From an uncultured delta proteobacterium (GTDB lineage: Bacteria > Myxococcota > Kuafuiibacteriia > Kuafuiibacteriales > Kuafuiibacteriaceae), in NCBI GenBank assembly GCA_963803435.1, contig CAWDML010000009.1:800001-864000 (forward strand): 64,000 nucleotides of DNA, given 5' to 3'. The notes under the pieces are model-generated. The model ran no database searches and was not told the DNA's origin. It saw only the letters and a list, made by a program, of their open reading frames with translations. The translations under genes were made by a program, and so were the position numbers. How positions within the stretch are numbered: the stretch's first letter is position 1; each line of letters starts with the position of its first letter. This document shows positions 30,432-39,530 of this stretch, piece after piece.

Positions 30432-31795
30432 GCGTGCACGAGGGGCTGGCCGAGCTGGTGAGGCACGGTTCCGACCTGCTCAAAGCGAAGAAGCCGGAGC
30501 GCGCCCGCTCGGCCCTGGAGAGGGCGTACACGCTGGATCCGCAGGATCCCAAGGTCCGCAACCTCCTGGGGCTCGCGTACTTCAAGCTCGGCCTGCTCGA
30601 GGCGGCCAAGGCCATCTATGACGGTCTGGTGGTCGACTATCCGGGAGAGGCGCCGCTGTTCGTGAACCTCGGGCTGGTGCTCTTGCGCCAAGGTCGACTC
30701 TCGGAGGCGGAGGCCACGCTCGAGCGCGCGCTCCGCCTCGCGCCGGCGCACGCGCGCGCGCACTGCTATCTGGGGCTGGTCCTCTACCGGCGCGGCGATC
30801 TCGGCCGCGCCCACGAGCACTTCCTTCAGGGGAACGCGCTCGACTTTGCGGCGAAGGTCGAGCGGCGGATGTCGCGGCCCGACGATGCCGAGCCGTCGCG
30901 GGCCGAGGTGATCCGGAGGGTGGCGGACGACGGTGTGGCCGGCCTCGAGCGCCCCGATGCGTTTCGCTCGCTGGACGCCGAGCGCGACGAGCGCGTGGTG
31001 CGCGACGAAGGAGGCTGGGAGGCAGCGGTGAGCCACAGCCAGCCGCCGCTGCCGGTGCCGGAGCCGGTGGAGGATACCGACGTGCTGGACTCGATCGAGG
31101 TGGCCGTCCCCAGCCCGAGCCGGCTCCCGGAGGCGATGGTCTACGGCCGGGGACCTGAAAACGGCGTGCCGCAGCCGGCGAGCGGCGTCCCGGAGATCTC
31201 GTCGGGCGGCGAGGCCATGGGTTTCACGGCAGGTCCCGGCGCACGGGCTCGGCTGGAGATCGGGAGCGCCGCATACCTCAAGCCCTCCGCCATCGTGGCG
31301 GCCTCCGGCCGGCTCGCCGTGTCCGAGGCCAAGCGGCACTTCAACAGCCGCTCCACGGGCGGCGTGTTCGGTGATCCGGCCGATCCGGTGAGCCGCGTGG
31401 AGGGTCGTGCCGTCTTGCTTCTTCGCGTCACCCGGGTTGCGGTAGCGCTGAGAGGTGCGCGTGACCTGCACGTGGTCCAGTCGGCGCTGGTCGGCTTCGA
31501 TGACGGCTTCGAGTGGGACAATGGCCGGATCCTCGGGCTCGAGGTGGTCACCCTTCGGGGCAAGGGCAGCCTCCTGCTCGATACGCGGGGGCCGCCGATG
31601 CTCATGTCGGTCGACGACGACACGCCGGTCCATGCCTCGCTCGAGGCGTTGCTCGCCTGGTCGGACGGCGTTCGCCCCAGCCCGGTCGAGACGCAGGCCG
31701 AACGGCCCCGGCTCTTCAAGCTGTACGGCAGGGGTTACGTGCTGGTGCAGCTTCCTCCGGACGAAGAGGGCGCGCTCGCGCGTTCTTCGGGTTAG
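30428..31795 (+). CDS. TPR protein with C-terminal AIM24/TRAP-like domain
   Basis: N-terminal TPRs; C-terminal repeats ending L.G.G..L(L/V). Confidence 0.8.
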   Translation: MSVHEGLAELVRHGSDLLKAKKPERARSALERAYTLDPQDPKVRNLLGLAYFKLGLLEAAKAIYDGLVVDYPGEAPLFVNLGLVLLRQGRLSEAEATLERALRLAPAHARAHCYLGLVLYRRGDLGRAHEHFLQGNALDFAAKVERRMSRPDDAEPSRAEVIRRVADDGVAGLERPDAFRSLDAERDERVVRDEGGWEAAVSHSQPPLPVPEPVEDTDVLDSIEVAVPSPSRLPEAMVYGRGPENGVPQPASGVPEISSGGEAMGFTAGPGARARLEIGSAAYLKPSAIVAASGRLAVSEAKRHFNSRSTGGVFGDPADPVSRVEGRAVLLLRVTRVAVALRGARDLHVVQSALVGFDDGFEWDNGRILGLEVVTLRGKGSLLLDTRGPPMLMSVDDDTPVHASLEALLAWSDGVRPSPVETQAERPRLFKLYGRGYVLVQLPPDEEGALARSSG

Positions 31796-31800
31796 AGAGA

Positions 31801-32436
31801 ATGCTCATGGTGCGTGAGAAGCTCAGCCTGCAGAAGCAAGCGCTGTCGCTACCGAACCTGATCACCTATGTGCGGATCCTCGCGATTCCGGCGGTGCTCT
31901 TCACCATGCAGTTCGACTCGCCGCGGAACGCGTTCCTCGCCGCCATGATCTTCGCCGCCGCCTCGGCGACGGATGCGCTCGACGGTTATCTGGCCCGCAA
32001 GTTCAACCTGACCTCGCTGATCGGAAAGTTCCTCGATCCGCTCGCAGACAAGCTGATCGTGATGGGCGCGCTGGTGATGCTGCTCTACCTCGGTCGGGTC
32101 AACGCCTGGATCGTCTTCGTCATCCTGGCGCGCGACATCATCATCAGCGGGCTGCGGACGATCGCGATGACCGAGGGGATGGTCATCGCCGCCCGCGAGT
32201 TCGGCAAGCACAAGACCGCGTTTCAGATGGTCGGAATCTGGGCGCTCCTGATCCACTACCCGCACACGGTCGTCACGGACGAAGCGGTCGACTTCCACCG
32301 GATCGGGACCTACTTCCTCTACATCTCGGTCTTCTTCTCGCTCCTCTCGGCGGGCGACTACTTCCGCTCGTTCTTCAAGACGGTGCTGGTCGCTCATTCT
32401 CCATCGCCCGCGCCAGCGCCGCCTGGAGCTCGCTGA
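31801..32436 (+). CDS. pgsA: CDP-diacylglycerol-glycerol-3-phosphate phosphatidyltransferase
   Basis: LPNLIT..RI, TD.LDGYLAR...S..GKFLDPLADK, GK.KT..QM. Confidence 0.96.
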   Translation: MLMVREKLSLQKQALSLPNLITYVRILAIPAVLFTMQFDSPRNAFLAAMIFAAASATDALDGYLARKFNLTSLIGKFLDPLADKLIVMGALVMLLYLGRVNAWIVFVILARDIIISGLRTIAMTEGMVIAAREFGKHKTAFQMVGIWALLIHYPHTVVTDEAVDFHRIGTYFLYISVFFSLLSAGDYFRSFFKTVLVAHSPSPAPAPPGAR

Positions 32437-34183
32437 GGTTGAGCGGCTTCGAGAGCAGCGTCGCGTCCAGGCGCATGGCACGCGCGCGGACGTCGTCGTC
32501 GCTGAACGCGGTGATCAACACGACCGGGATGTTCCAGCCTCGCTGGCGCACACCCTCGAGCACCTGAAGCCCGGACACGCCCGGCATGCGAATGTCGCTG
32601 ATGATCACGTCGGGCGGAGTGATGCGTTGCTCGAAGAGAAACGCCGAGCCGAGATGCTCCAGCACCGCGGTCCCGCTCGACACCGCGATCACCTCGTAGC
32701 CCTCGGTCTCGAGGAGCTCGGCTAGCGACCAGCGGACGTCGTCGTCGTCCTCGGCGAGGAGCAGCCGCGGGCGTCGAGCGAGCGCTCTCAGGTTGGAGCT
32801 CGGGCGCGGCCGCGGCTCCGAGGCCCCGCGGGGCAGCCAACCCTCCTCGCGATACTCGCGGAGCCGGTAGTGCACCTTCCGGACGGAGATGCCGAGCGCC
32901 TCGGCGGTCGCGTTCGCGTTCCCACCCAGGCCCCGGTACGTGAGGAGGATGGCGGCGCGCTCCAGCTCGGCCAAGGTCATTCCCGGGACCTGGATGAGCG
33001 GGGTGTCGCCCGGCGCCCGGGAGGGCACCAGGCTCGAGGGGAGGTCGTCCTCGCTCAGGACGTCCTTGCTGGTCATCGCCGTGACGTGGCGGGCCAGGTT
33101 CTCCAGCTCGCGTACGTTGCCGGGCCAGCGATAGCCGAGCAGCTGGGACATCGCGCGAGGGGAGGTCGCCATGCTTCGTCCTTCCGACGCGAGGGCTCGC
33201 GCCACGAAGTGCTCCCAGAGCAGGCGGATGTCGTTCTTGCGCTCGCGCAGCGGGGGGAGGCCGATCGAGAGCACGTTGAGGCGGTAGAAGAGATCCGAGC
33301 GAAAGTTGCCCTCGGCGACGTCGCGCTCGAGATCACGATTGGTCGCTGCCACGATCCGGACGTCGACCTCGCGCCGCTCGGCGTCACCGACGCGCTCGAA
33401 GTATCGCTCTTGGAGTACGCGGAGAAACTTGCCCTGCATGGCGAAGGAGAGCTCGCCGACCTCATCGAGGAAGAGCGTCCCTCCCTGCGCCATCTCGAAC
33501 CGACCCGCGCGTGTCGTGACCGCACCGGTGAAGGCGCCCTTGACGTGGCCGAACAGCTCCGCTTCGAGGAGCGTCTCGGGGATCGCGGCGCAGCTCATCG
33601 CGATGAACGGGGCGTTCCTGCGCGGGGAGAGCCGATGAAGCATGCGCCCCACCAGCTCCTTGCCGGTCCCGGTCTCGCCGGTCAGCAAGATCGACGCGCT
33701 CGACGGTGCGGCCAGCGCGATCTGCCGGCGCACCTCTTGCATCGAGTAGCTCTCGCCGATGAGGTCGAGGGCCTCGGTGTCGCCGGCGCTGATGCGATGA
33801 GAGAGCCTGGCGGCCTCCCGATCGATCACGCGGTGGACCTCGACGAGGTCAGCGGTGCGCTGGGCCATGGCCGTGGCGTTGGCCTTCATCGCCAGATCGA
33901 TTGCGTCTTTGGTGTACGCCTCCACCATCAGGATGAAGGTCGCAGCGGGCGCAGCCGAGCGAAGCCGGTGGAGGAAGCCGGGCCCGGTCGCGCGGAGCAT
34001 CTCGCCGTCGACGAGGACGATCTCCGGGCGCTCGGAGTGCACGCGTGACACGGCGTCGTCGCGTGCGACGGCGTGCACGCGCCGCCGGAGGGAGAGGCGA
34101 TCCGCCAGGGCGTCGTCCTCCGGCGTCTTGCGGCAGACATAGACGATGTCGCGGGGGGCGGGCACCGTAGTCGAGTTATTCAC
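32375..34183 (-). CDS. Sigma-54 enhancer-binding protein: pseudo-REC, AAA+, Fis HTH, REC
   Basis: GETGTGKE, ELFGHVKGAFTGA, LFLDEVG, WPGNVREL, HTH, then canonical REC. Confidence 0.93.
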   Translation of the reverse strand: MNNSTTVPAPRDIVYVCRKTPEDDALADRLSLRRRVHAVARDDAVSRVHSERPEIVLVDGEMLRATGPGFLHRLRSAAPAATFILMVEAYTKDAIDLAMKANATAMAQRTADLVEVHRVIDREAARLSHRISAGDTEALDLIGESYSMQEVRRQIALAAPSSASILLTGETGTGKELVGRMLHRLSPRRNAPFIAMSCAAIPETLLEAELFGHVKGAFTGAVTTRAGRFEMAQGGTLFLDEVGELSFAMQGKFLRVLQERYFERVGDAERREVDVRIVAATNRDLERDVAEGNFRSDLFYRLNVLSIGLPPLRERKNDIRLLWEHFVARALASEGRSMATSPRAMSQLLGYRWPGNVRELENLARHVTAMTSKDVLSEDDLPSSLVPSRAPGDTPLIQVPGMTLAELERAAILLTYRGLGGNANATAEALGISVRKVHYRLREYREEGWLPRGASEPRPRPSSNLRALARRPRLLLAEDDDDVRWSLAELLETEGYEVIAVSSGTAVLEHLGSAFLFEQRITPPDVIISDIRMPGVSGLQVLEGVRQRGWNIPVVLITAFSDDDVRARAMRLDATLLSKPLNLSELQAALARAMENERPAPS

Positions 34184-34980
34184 CGAGCCGGTGAGCTGTC
34201 CACCCTCGTGATGTATGCGAGGACGGCCCCTTCGTCCGGGCGCCCGTGGACGATCGCCGGTGCGCCCGATGTCTTTCCACGGACGACATCGCCCAGCGCT
34301 GCGTGCGTCAGTCCGTCAGGATCGGCGTCCTCCATCCACGGGAACGCGACGTCACCGACACACATGTCGTTCAGACCCTGGAGACTACTGGCCAGCAGCC
34401 GATCCAGGAGCAACTCCGTCGTGACCACACCCCAGGCCTCGACCTCGCCGTCCTCGGACCGCCGGACCACCACGAGCTCGGCGCGATCCTCGTCCCTCAG
34501 ACAACGCACGGCCTCGATGAGGGGTGCGTCCTCCCAGATTGCGGCCAGCGCACGCCGTGCATCACGGGTCTTGGTCCGCTCGCGATCCACGACGTCCGCG
34601 ACCACGCGCTCCAGTGTGGCAAGATCGAGCGGTTTGTCGAAAAACGCCGTGGCACCCACGCGCTCCGCCCGCTTCTTGCTCTCATCGTCGCCAAAGGCCG
34701 TGATGATGATGAAGGGTGTGAGCCAACCGGCGAAGCGGAGGCCCTCCAGGATGCTGAGGCCGTTGAAGCCCGGCATGCGGACGTCCGACACGACGAGGTC
34801 CGGCGGCGGGGAGGTCCGATCGAGCAGAAGTGAGGACGCGAGCGCATCCAACAGGGCGGCGCCATCGCGCAAAGGGATCACTTGATAGCCTTGCGTGCGA
34901 AGGAGCTCGACCAAGCCGAATCGGATATCGTCGTCGTCTTCGGCGACGAGCACTCGACCGCGAGGCTGGGTGGCGTTCAT
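34180..34980 (-). CDS. Response regulator, REC plus degenerate CBS-like C-terminus
   Basis: VAEDD, SDVRMPG, ITAF, DKP; C-terminal L.EAV..L...LVVV....GVVT pattern. Confidence 0.85.
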   Translation of the reverse strand: MNATQPRGRVLVAEDDDDIRFGLVELLRTQGYQVIPLRDGAALLDALASSLLLDRTSPPPDLVVSDVRMPGFNGLSILEGLRFAGWLTPFIIITAFGDDESKKRAERVGATAFFDKPLDLATLERVVADVVDRERTKTRDARRALAAIWEDAPLIEAVRCLRDEDRAELVVVRRSEDGEVEAWGVVTTELLLDRLLASSLQGLNDMCVGDVAFPWMEDADPDGLTHAALGDVVRGKTSGAPAIVHGRPDEGAVLAYITRVDSSPAR

Positions 34981-34993
34981 TGGGCCGCTGTGG

Positions 34994-35009
34994 TGCAACT
35001 GCCGTTCCC
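34994..35009 (-). promoter_or_regulatory. Sigma-54 promoter
   Basis: GGGAACGGCAGTTGCA (GG-N10-GC), 15 nt before ATG 34980. Confidence 0.75.
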
Positions 35010-35138
35010 GCAGCTGGCCTCGGACAAGGTCTGCAAGACGGAAGGAGTCATCTGCACGTTTTGCAAACGACCTTTCAGGGGGCGTGTCTTCACTGCAGGG
35101 GCTGCAGGCGCGGGGGAGCGACCGGATGTCGCACGGTG

Positions 35139-35154
35139 CGGAGCGCTTCATGCA
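35139..35154 (+). promoter_or_regulatory. Sigma-54-like promoter
   Basis: CGGAGCGCTTCATGCA (GG-N10-GC), 14 nt before GTG 35167. Confidence 0.55.
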
Positions 35155-35166
35155 CGCGGCGGAAGC

Positions 35167-37665
35167 GTGTCGGTGCTCGAGCGGCTGGGCGGCCAGCAGT
35201 ACCTGCCATTGGGAGAGTGCTACTTCTGGGACCCGGCGATCCTATGGCTCCAGGCGGCATCGGATGTGTTGATCGCGCTGGCGTTTCTGGCGGTCTCGAT
35301 CAGCATCCTGCTCCTCGTTCGCCGGGGAAAAGGCGACGTGCCCTACCGGTGGATGTTCGTCCTGTTCGCGCTCTTCATCGCCGCCTGCGCCGTCACCCGG
35401 TTCATCGAGGCCTGGAGCCTCTGGGAGCCGACCCATTGGATGCCCGGCATCTTCAAGGCGATGGCGGCCGTCGCGGCGATCGGGACCGTCGTGGCCCTTC
35501 CTCCGCTCCTTCCGTCCGTGTTGAGAACGCTTCGGTCCGCGCGCGTCTCGGAGCGGCGCCGCGGAGAGCTCGAAGCTGCGCACCACGATCTCCAGGCGTT
35601 GTTCGAGCGTCTGAAGGAGAGCGAGCGGGCGCGCACCGAGGTCTTCGCGAATGTCTCGCACGAGCTCCGGACACCGCTCAGCCTGATCCTCGGGCCGGCG
35701 CAGGCGATCCTGGCGGATCCGAGCCTGCCGTACGAGTGGCGTCGATCGCTGCGCACCGTGGTCCGCAACGCGCGACTGCTCGAGAAGCACGTGAGCGATC
35801 TGCTGCTCGTCGCCAAGGGCGAGACCGGAGAGGTCGAGCTCACGCCGAGCTATGCAGCGATCGATCTCGCGGAGCTGGTGCGCCGTGCCGCTGCCAACTT
35901 CGACGCGCTCGCGATTCAGAGAAGCATGGTCTTCGAGGTCGATGCTTCGGCCGAAGTGATCGGCGAGGTCGATTCGGACGCCATCGAGCGGGTCGTCATC
36001 AACCTCCTGTCGAACGCGTTCAAGTTCACGCCCGACGGAGGCGTCATCCGCTGCTCGCTGGCCCACGCAGACGGGGATTGGGTCAGGATCTCGGTCGCCG
36101 ACAGCGGGCCCGGGATCCCGGAGGCCATGCGCGACGCCATCTTCGAGCGGTTTCGCCAGGTCGACTCGAGCTCCACCCGCTCCCACGGCGGCTTCGGGCT
36201 CGGGCTCGCCATCGTGCGTGCCTTCGTGGAGATGCACGGCGGCTCGATCCGCGTGGGCTCGGCGGAGGTGGGTGGCGCGCTCTTCGTGGTCGAGCTCCCG
36301 TTGTTTGCGCCGCCTGGCCACGCGGTCGCGCGCACGCGGGCGATCCATCCGATCGACGAGGAGATCGTGACGGCGGACCTGAAGATCGATCTGGAGGAGG
36401 TGCTGTCTTCGACCGAGCGGACCTCGGAGACTGCGACGATCCTGGTGGTCGAAGACAACCACGACATGAATCGCTTCATCACGTCGACACTCGAACCCGA
36501 GTATCGGACCATCGCAGCCTATGACGGGCGCTCCGGATTCGTCCGCGCGGCCGCCGATCTCCCCGATCTGATCGTGACGGATGTGATGATGCCCGGCATG
36601 AGCGGGCAGGATCTGCTCGCGCGCCTTCGTTGCGAAGAATCGCTGGCGTTGATCCCGGTCCTGGTCGTCTCGGCGCGCGACGACGCAGAGCTTCGCACGC
36701 AGATGCTTCACGACGGCGCCCAGGACTACCTGATCAAGCCGTTCGTCGCGGAGGAGCTCCGCGTCCGCGTTAGGAACCTGGTCACCGCCAAGCGCGCGCG
36801 CGATCTGCTCAGCCGCGAGGTGTCGAGCCAGCGCCAGGACCTCGAGTCGCTGGCGCGCAGTGTGGCGATCCACCGAGGCGATCTGGAGGCGGCCCTGGAG
36901 GCCACGCAGATCGCTCGCAAGATGGCGGAGCAGGCCAGCGGCATGAAGAGCAACCTCCTGCGCATGATGTCGCACGAGCTGCGGACCCCGGTGACCGCCG
37001 TGCAGCTGCAGCTCGCGCTGCTCGAGCGGAACACGGCGGAGATGACTGAGGAGCAGAGAGGGGCTCTGGCTCGGGTTCACCGGGCGTTGCGGCGGTTGCT
37101 CGATCTGATCGAGACGGCGCTCGAGTATGCGCGGATCGAGAGTGGACGGTTCGAGATCCGTCGCTCGGAGTTCTCGCTGGTCGAGATGATCGAGGAGGTC
37201 ATCGCAGAGTTTCAGCCCCACGCCGAGATGAAGGATATTCAGCTGTCGGTGTCGATGGCCGAGCCAGTGCCGCCGCTCGACACCGACCGGCGGCTGCTCC
37301 GCCTGATTGCGGTGAATTTGATCGGCAACGCGGTGAAGTTCACCCAGCAGGGTGGGGTGGAGGTCAGGCTGAAGCACGATGGCCGGCGCCACCTGTTGGT
37401 GGTGGAGGACAGCGGTCCCGGCATCCCGCCGGAGCTTCACGACGAGGTCTTCGAGCCGTTCAAGCAGGTCGGAGACATTCGCTGGCGAGAGGGCGCAGGC
37501 TCGGGCCTGGGACTGGCCTTGGTGAAGGACATGGTCCACGCGCTCGGCGGCAGCATTCGACTCGACTCGCGCGGCGAGGGCAGCGGGTCGGTCTTCACGG
37601 TCTACATTCCGCCGGCAGAAATTGTTGCCGAAGAAAGGTCCGCTTCCCAGGCGCTGCCGCAATGA
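35167..37665 (+). CDS. Hybrid histidine kinase: ethylene-receptor-like 3TM domain, HK, REC, second HK
   Basis: CYFWDP...SD.LIA.A...F..FI.AC; two SHELRTP H-boxes, each with N/G boxes; central REC (VEDN, TDVMMP, IKP). Confidence 0.9.
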   Translation: MSVLERLGGQQYLPLGECYFWDPAILWLQAASDVLIALAFLAVSISILLLVRRGKGDVPYRWMFVLFALFIAACAVTRFIEAWSLWEPTHWMPGIFKAMAAVAAIGTVVALPPLLPSVLRTLRSARVSERRRGELEAAHHDLQALFERLKESERARTEVFANVSHELRTPLSLILGPAQAILADPSLPYEWRRSLRTVVRNARLLEKHVSDLLLVAKGETGEVELTPSYAAIDLAELVRRAAANFDALAIQRSMVFEVDASAEVIGEVDSDAIERVVINLLSNAFKFTPDGGVIRCSLAHADGDWVRISVADSGPGIPEAMRDAIFERFRQVDSSSTRSHGGFGLGLAIVRAFVEMHGGSIRVGSAEVGGALFVVELPLFAPPGHAVARTRAIHPIDEEIVTADLKIDLEEVLSSTERTSETATILVVEDNHDMNRFITSTLEPEYRTIAAYDGRSGFVRAAADLPDLIVTDVMMPGMSGQDLLARLRCEESLALIPVLVVSARDDAELRTQMLHDGAQDYLIKPFVAEELRVRVRNLVTAKRARDLLSREVSSQRQDLESLARSVAIHRGDLEAALEATQIARKMAEQASGMKSNLLRMMSHELRTPVTAVQLQLALLERNTAEMTEEQRGALARVHRALRRLLDLIETALEYARIESGRFEIRRSEFSLVEMIEEVIAEFQPHAEMKDIQLSVSMAEPVPPLDTDRRLLRLIAVNLIGNAVKFTQQGGVEVRLKHDGRRHLLVVEDSGPGIPPELHDEVFEPFKQVGDIRWREGAGSGLGLALVKDMVHALGGSIRLDSRGEGSGSVFTVYIPPAEIVAEERSASQALPQ

Positions 37666-37703
37666 TTGCAAGCGCTGGACGGCAGGGCGCGCGCACCCTG
37701 CCG

Positions 37704-37719
37704 TGGCACGCGCGATGCA
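37704..37719 (+). promoter_or_regulatory. Sigma-54 promoter
   Basis: TGGCACGCGCGATGCA, 14 nt before ATG 37732; preceded by a GC hairpin at 37680-37703. Confidence 0.8.
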
Positions 37720-37731
37720 GTTCGAGACTGC

Positions 37732-38169
37732 ATGCACCAGCCGGAGCTCGAGCCCGACGACGTTCTCGCCCCGAACCCGATCGGAGACGCGGACCTGCTC
37801 GAGTCGATCCTCGATTCATGGGACGCCGATGGATCGGCCAAGGCTTCCGAGTTCTGGTCGTGGCAAGTTCTCGAGAGTCTCTCTCACCTCTTCGGTGCGG
37901 TCATGGCTTCGCTGTCCGCCGGGGGCTCGGATGGCGCCCGCCATGACCTCTCCGGCGCGGATCTCGGCGAGTATCGAATGCGGACGAAATCGCTGCTCGT
38001 CGAGATCCGCGATCTGCTCGATCAACTGTGGTGGGCCGACTGGCCGTCGATCTCGACGCCGCTCGATCGCGAGATCCGCGAGGTCGTAGCCCACGTGCGC
38101 GAGAACGAGCAGCTGCTCAAGCCTCCAGGGCGGCGATGGCGCTCTCGAGCGCTCGGATTTCTCGAGTGA
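37732..38169 (+). CDS. Helical hypothetical protein
   Basis: Start supported by the sigma-54 motif; amphipathic helices. Confidence 0.65.
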   Translation: MHQPELEPDDVLAPNPIGDADLLESILDSWDADGSAKASEFWSWQVLESLSHLFGAVMASLSAGGSDGARHDLSGADLGEYRMRTKSLLVEIRDLLDQLWWADWPSISTPLDREIREVVAHVRENEQLLKPPGRRWRSRALGFLE

Positions 38170-38692
38170 TCCGGTCCCGCTCCTTCTTGGCATCCTCGAG
38201 GTAGGCCCTCAGAGGCCCGCCCACCGCTTCCACGATCTCGGCGATCCGCGTGGGCGCCAAGATCGGCACATCGGTCGTCCGCCAGTGCGCGGCGACCAGC
38301 CTCGAGTGGGTCAACATGCCCGTCCGCTCGAGGATCGAGGACATGTGGAACTTGACGGTCCGGCGCGTGATTCCGAGCCGCCGCGCGATCGTCGGGCCGG
38401 ACGCGCCGCCGACGAGGAGGTCGTAGACTTCACCTTGGCGCTCGCCCATCAGCATGCCCCGCAGGCCCTTCAGCTTTTTCGGCGCGTTGATCGCCCGTCC
38501 ATGCGCGGCGATGAGGCCGACGCGATTGTGTTGCCGAGTGGCCTCGAGGATGCCGGAGATTCGATACTTCACGGTCCGGGGCGCGAGGTTGAGTGTTCTC
38601 GAAATCTCTTCGTTGGACAGGCCCTGAACCACCAAATCGTAGACCTCGACGTGTGTGGGAGAACGAAGCTTGGCGCGCGGCGATCCGGACAC
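38117..38692 (-). CDS. Regulator with two tandem LuxR HTH domains and a C-terminal coil
   Basis: EVYDL...G.S...I...L....RTVK....I occurs twice. Confidence 0.85.
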   Translation of the reverse strand: MSGSPRAKLRSPTHVEVYDLVVQGLSNEEISRTLNLAPRTVKYRISGILEATRQHNRVGLIAAHGRAINAPKKLKGLRGMLMGERQGEVYDLLVGGASGPTIARRLGITRRTVKFHMSSILERTGMLTHSRLVAAHWRTTDVPILAPTRIAEIVEAVGGPLRAYLEDAKKERDRITREIRALESAIAALEA

Positions 38693-39530
38693 GTCGGTAT
38701 CCTACTCCGCTCCGACGCTGAAGAGCGGTCTGAAAAAAACGCACGGTCGGCGTAGGACGCTCTGACCCAAAGGCCGACATCGTATACTCAGTAGAATACG
38801 CGGGTCGGAGCGCGCGTGCGGCGCGCCGTGGATCCGTCGTCCGGGAAGCGGGCGTCGACCTCCTCGGACGAGGTGGACCTCCGCGACGCGCGCGCGGAGT
38901 GGATGGACAGCACGACGATGGCCGTCGGCCGCGGGGTGGTCACCCGGGTTTCGATCTTCGGTTCGACCGGCTCCGGCGGGACGTGGGCCTCGGCGGCGCG
39001 GGCCACAGGAGCGGGACGGGCGGTGGCCGCCAGGGCAGGCAGGCGCTCGACCTGAACTGCGGGGTCGTCACCGCCGCCGAGCCCGCGCCGTGCGAGCGGC
39101 GCGGCGACCGGACGGACCCTCCAGCGGCGGTGGCCCACGACGTGCTTCGCTTCGTGAACGTTCGGATTACATCTGAGACATCGTGTGCAGCATCGAGGCG
39201 ATGGGCTGATCTCGGGGCGGATCGCTACATGGAACTCGGCGATTTCTCCCCCAAGCATGGGAGGCCGGCCGCCGCTGCGCCGCCTCGGATCGCGCGGGTG
39301 CGGGGGACGGTTCGATGGTCTCTGCGCGTCGGGAGCAGCCTACGTTCATCGAAGCCATCTCGAAGCGGAGCTGGCCATGGGGTCAGTGACTCCTACGCCA
39401 AAATTCCCAGTCCGTGATCCCAGGAGGTGCGTGAAGGAACATCGAGGCGTTCTGGACGGCGTGGGCTTGCGTTCGTCTCTTCTTGATCTCGCTCTTCCTG
39501 TTTGCGACTTACGCCCTCGACTCAAGGGGG

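Noticed and set aside
39457-39471. Sigma-54 motif CGGCGTGGGCTTGC
   Set aside because: GG-GC spacing is 9, not 10. A similar motif near 1298-1314 (minus) has spacing 11.
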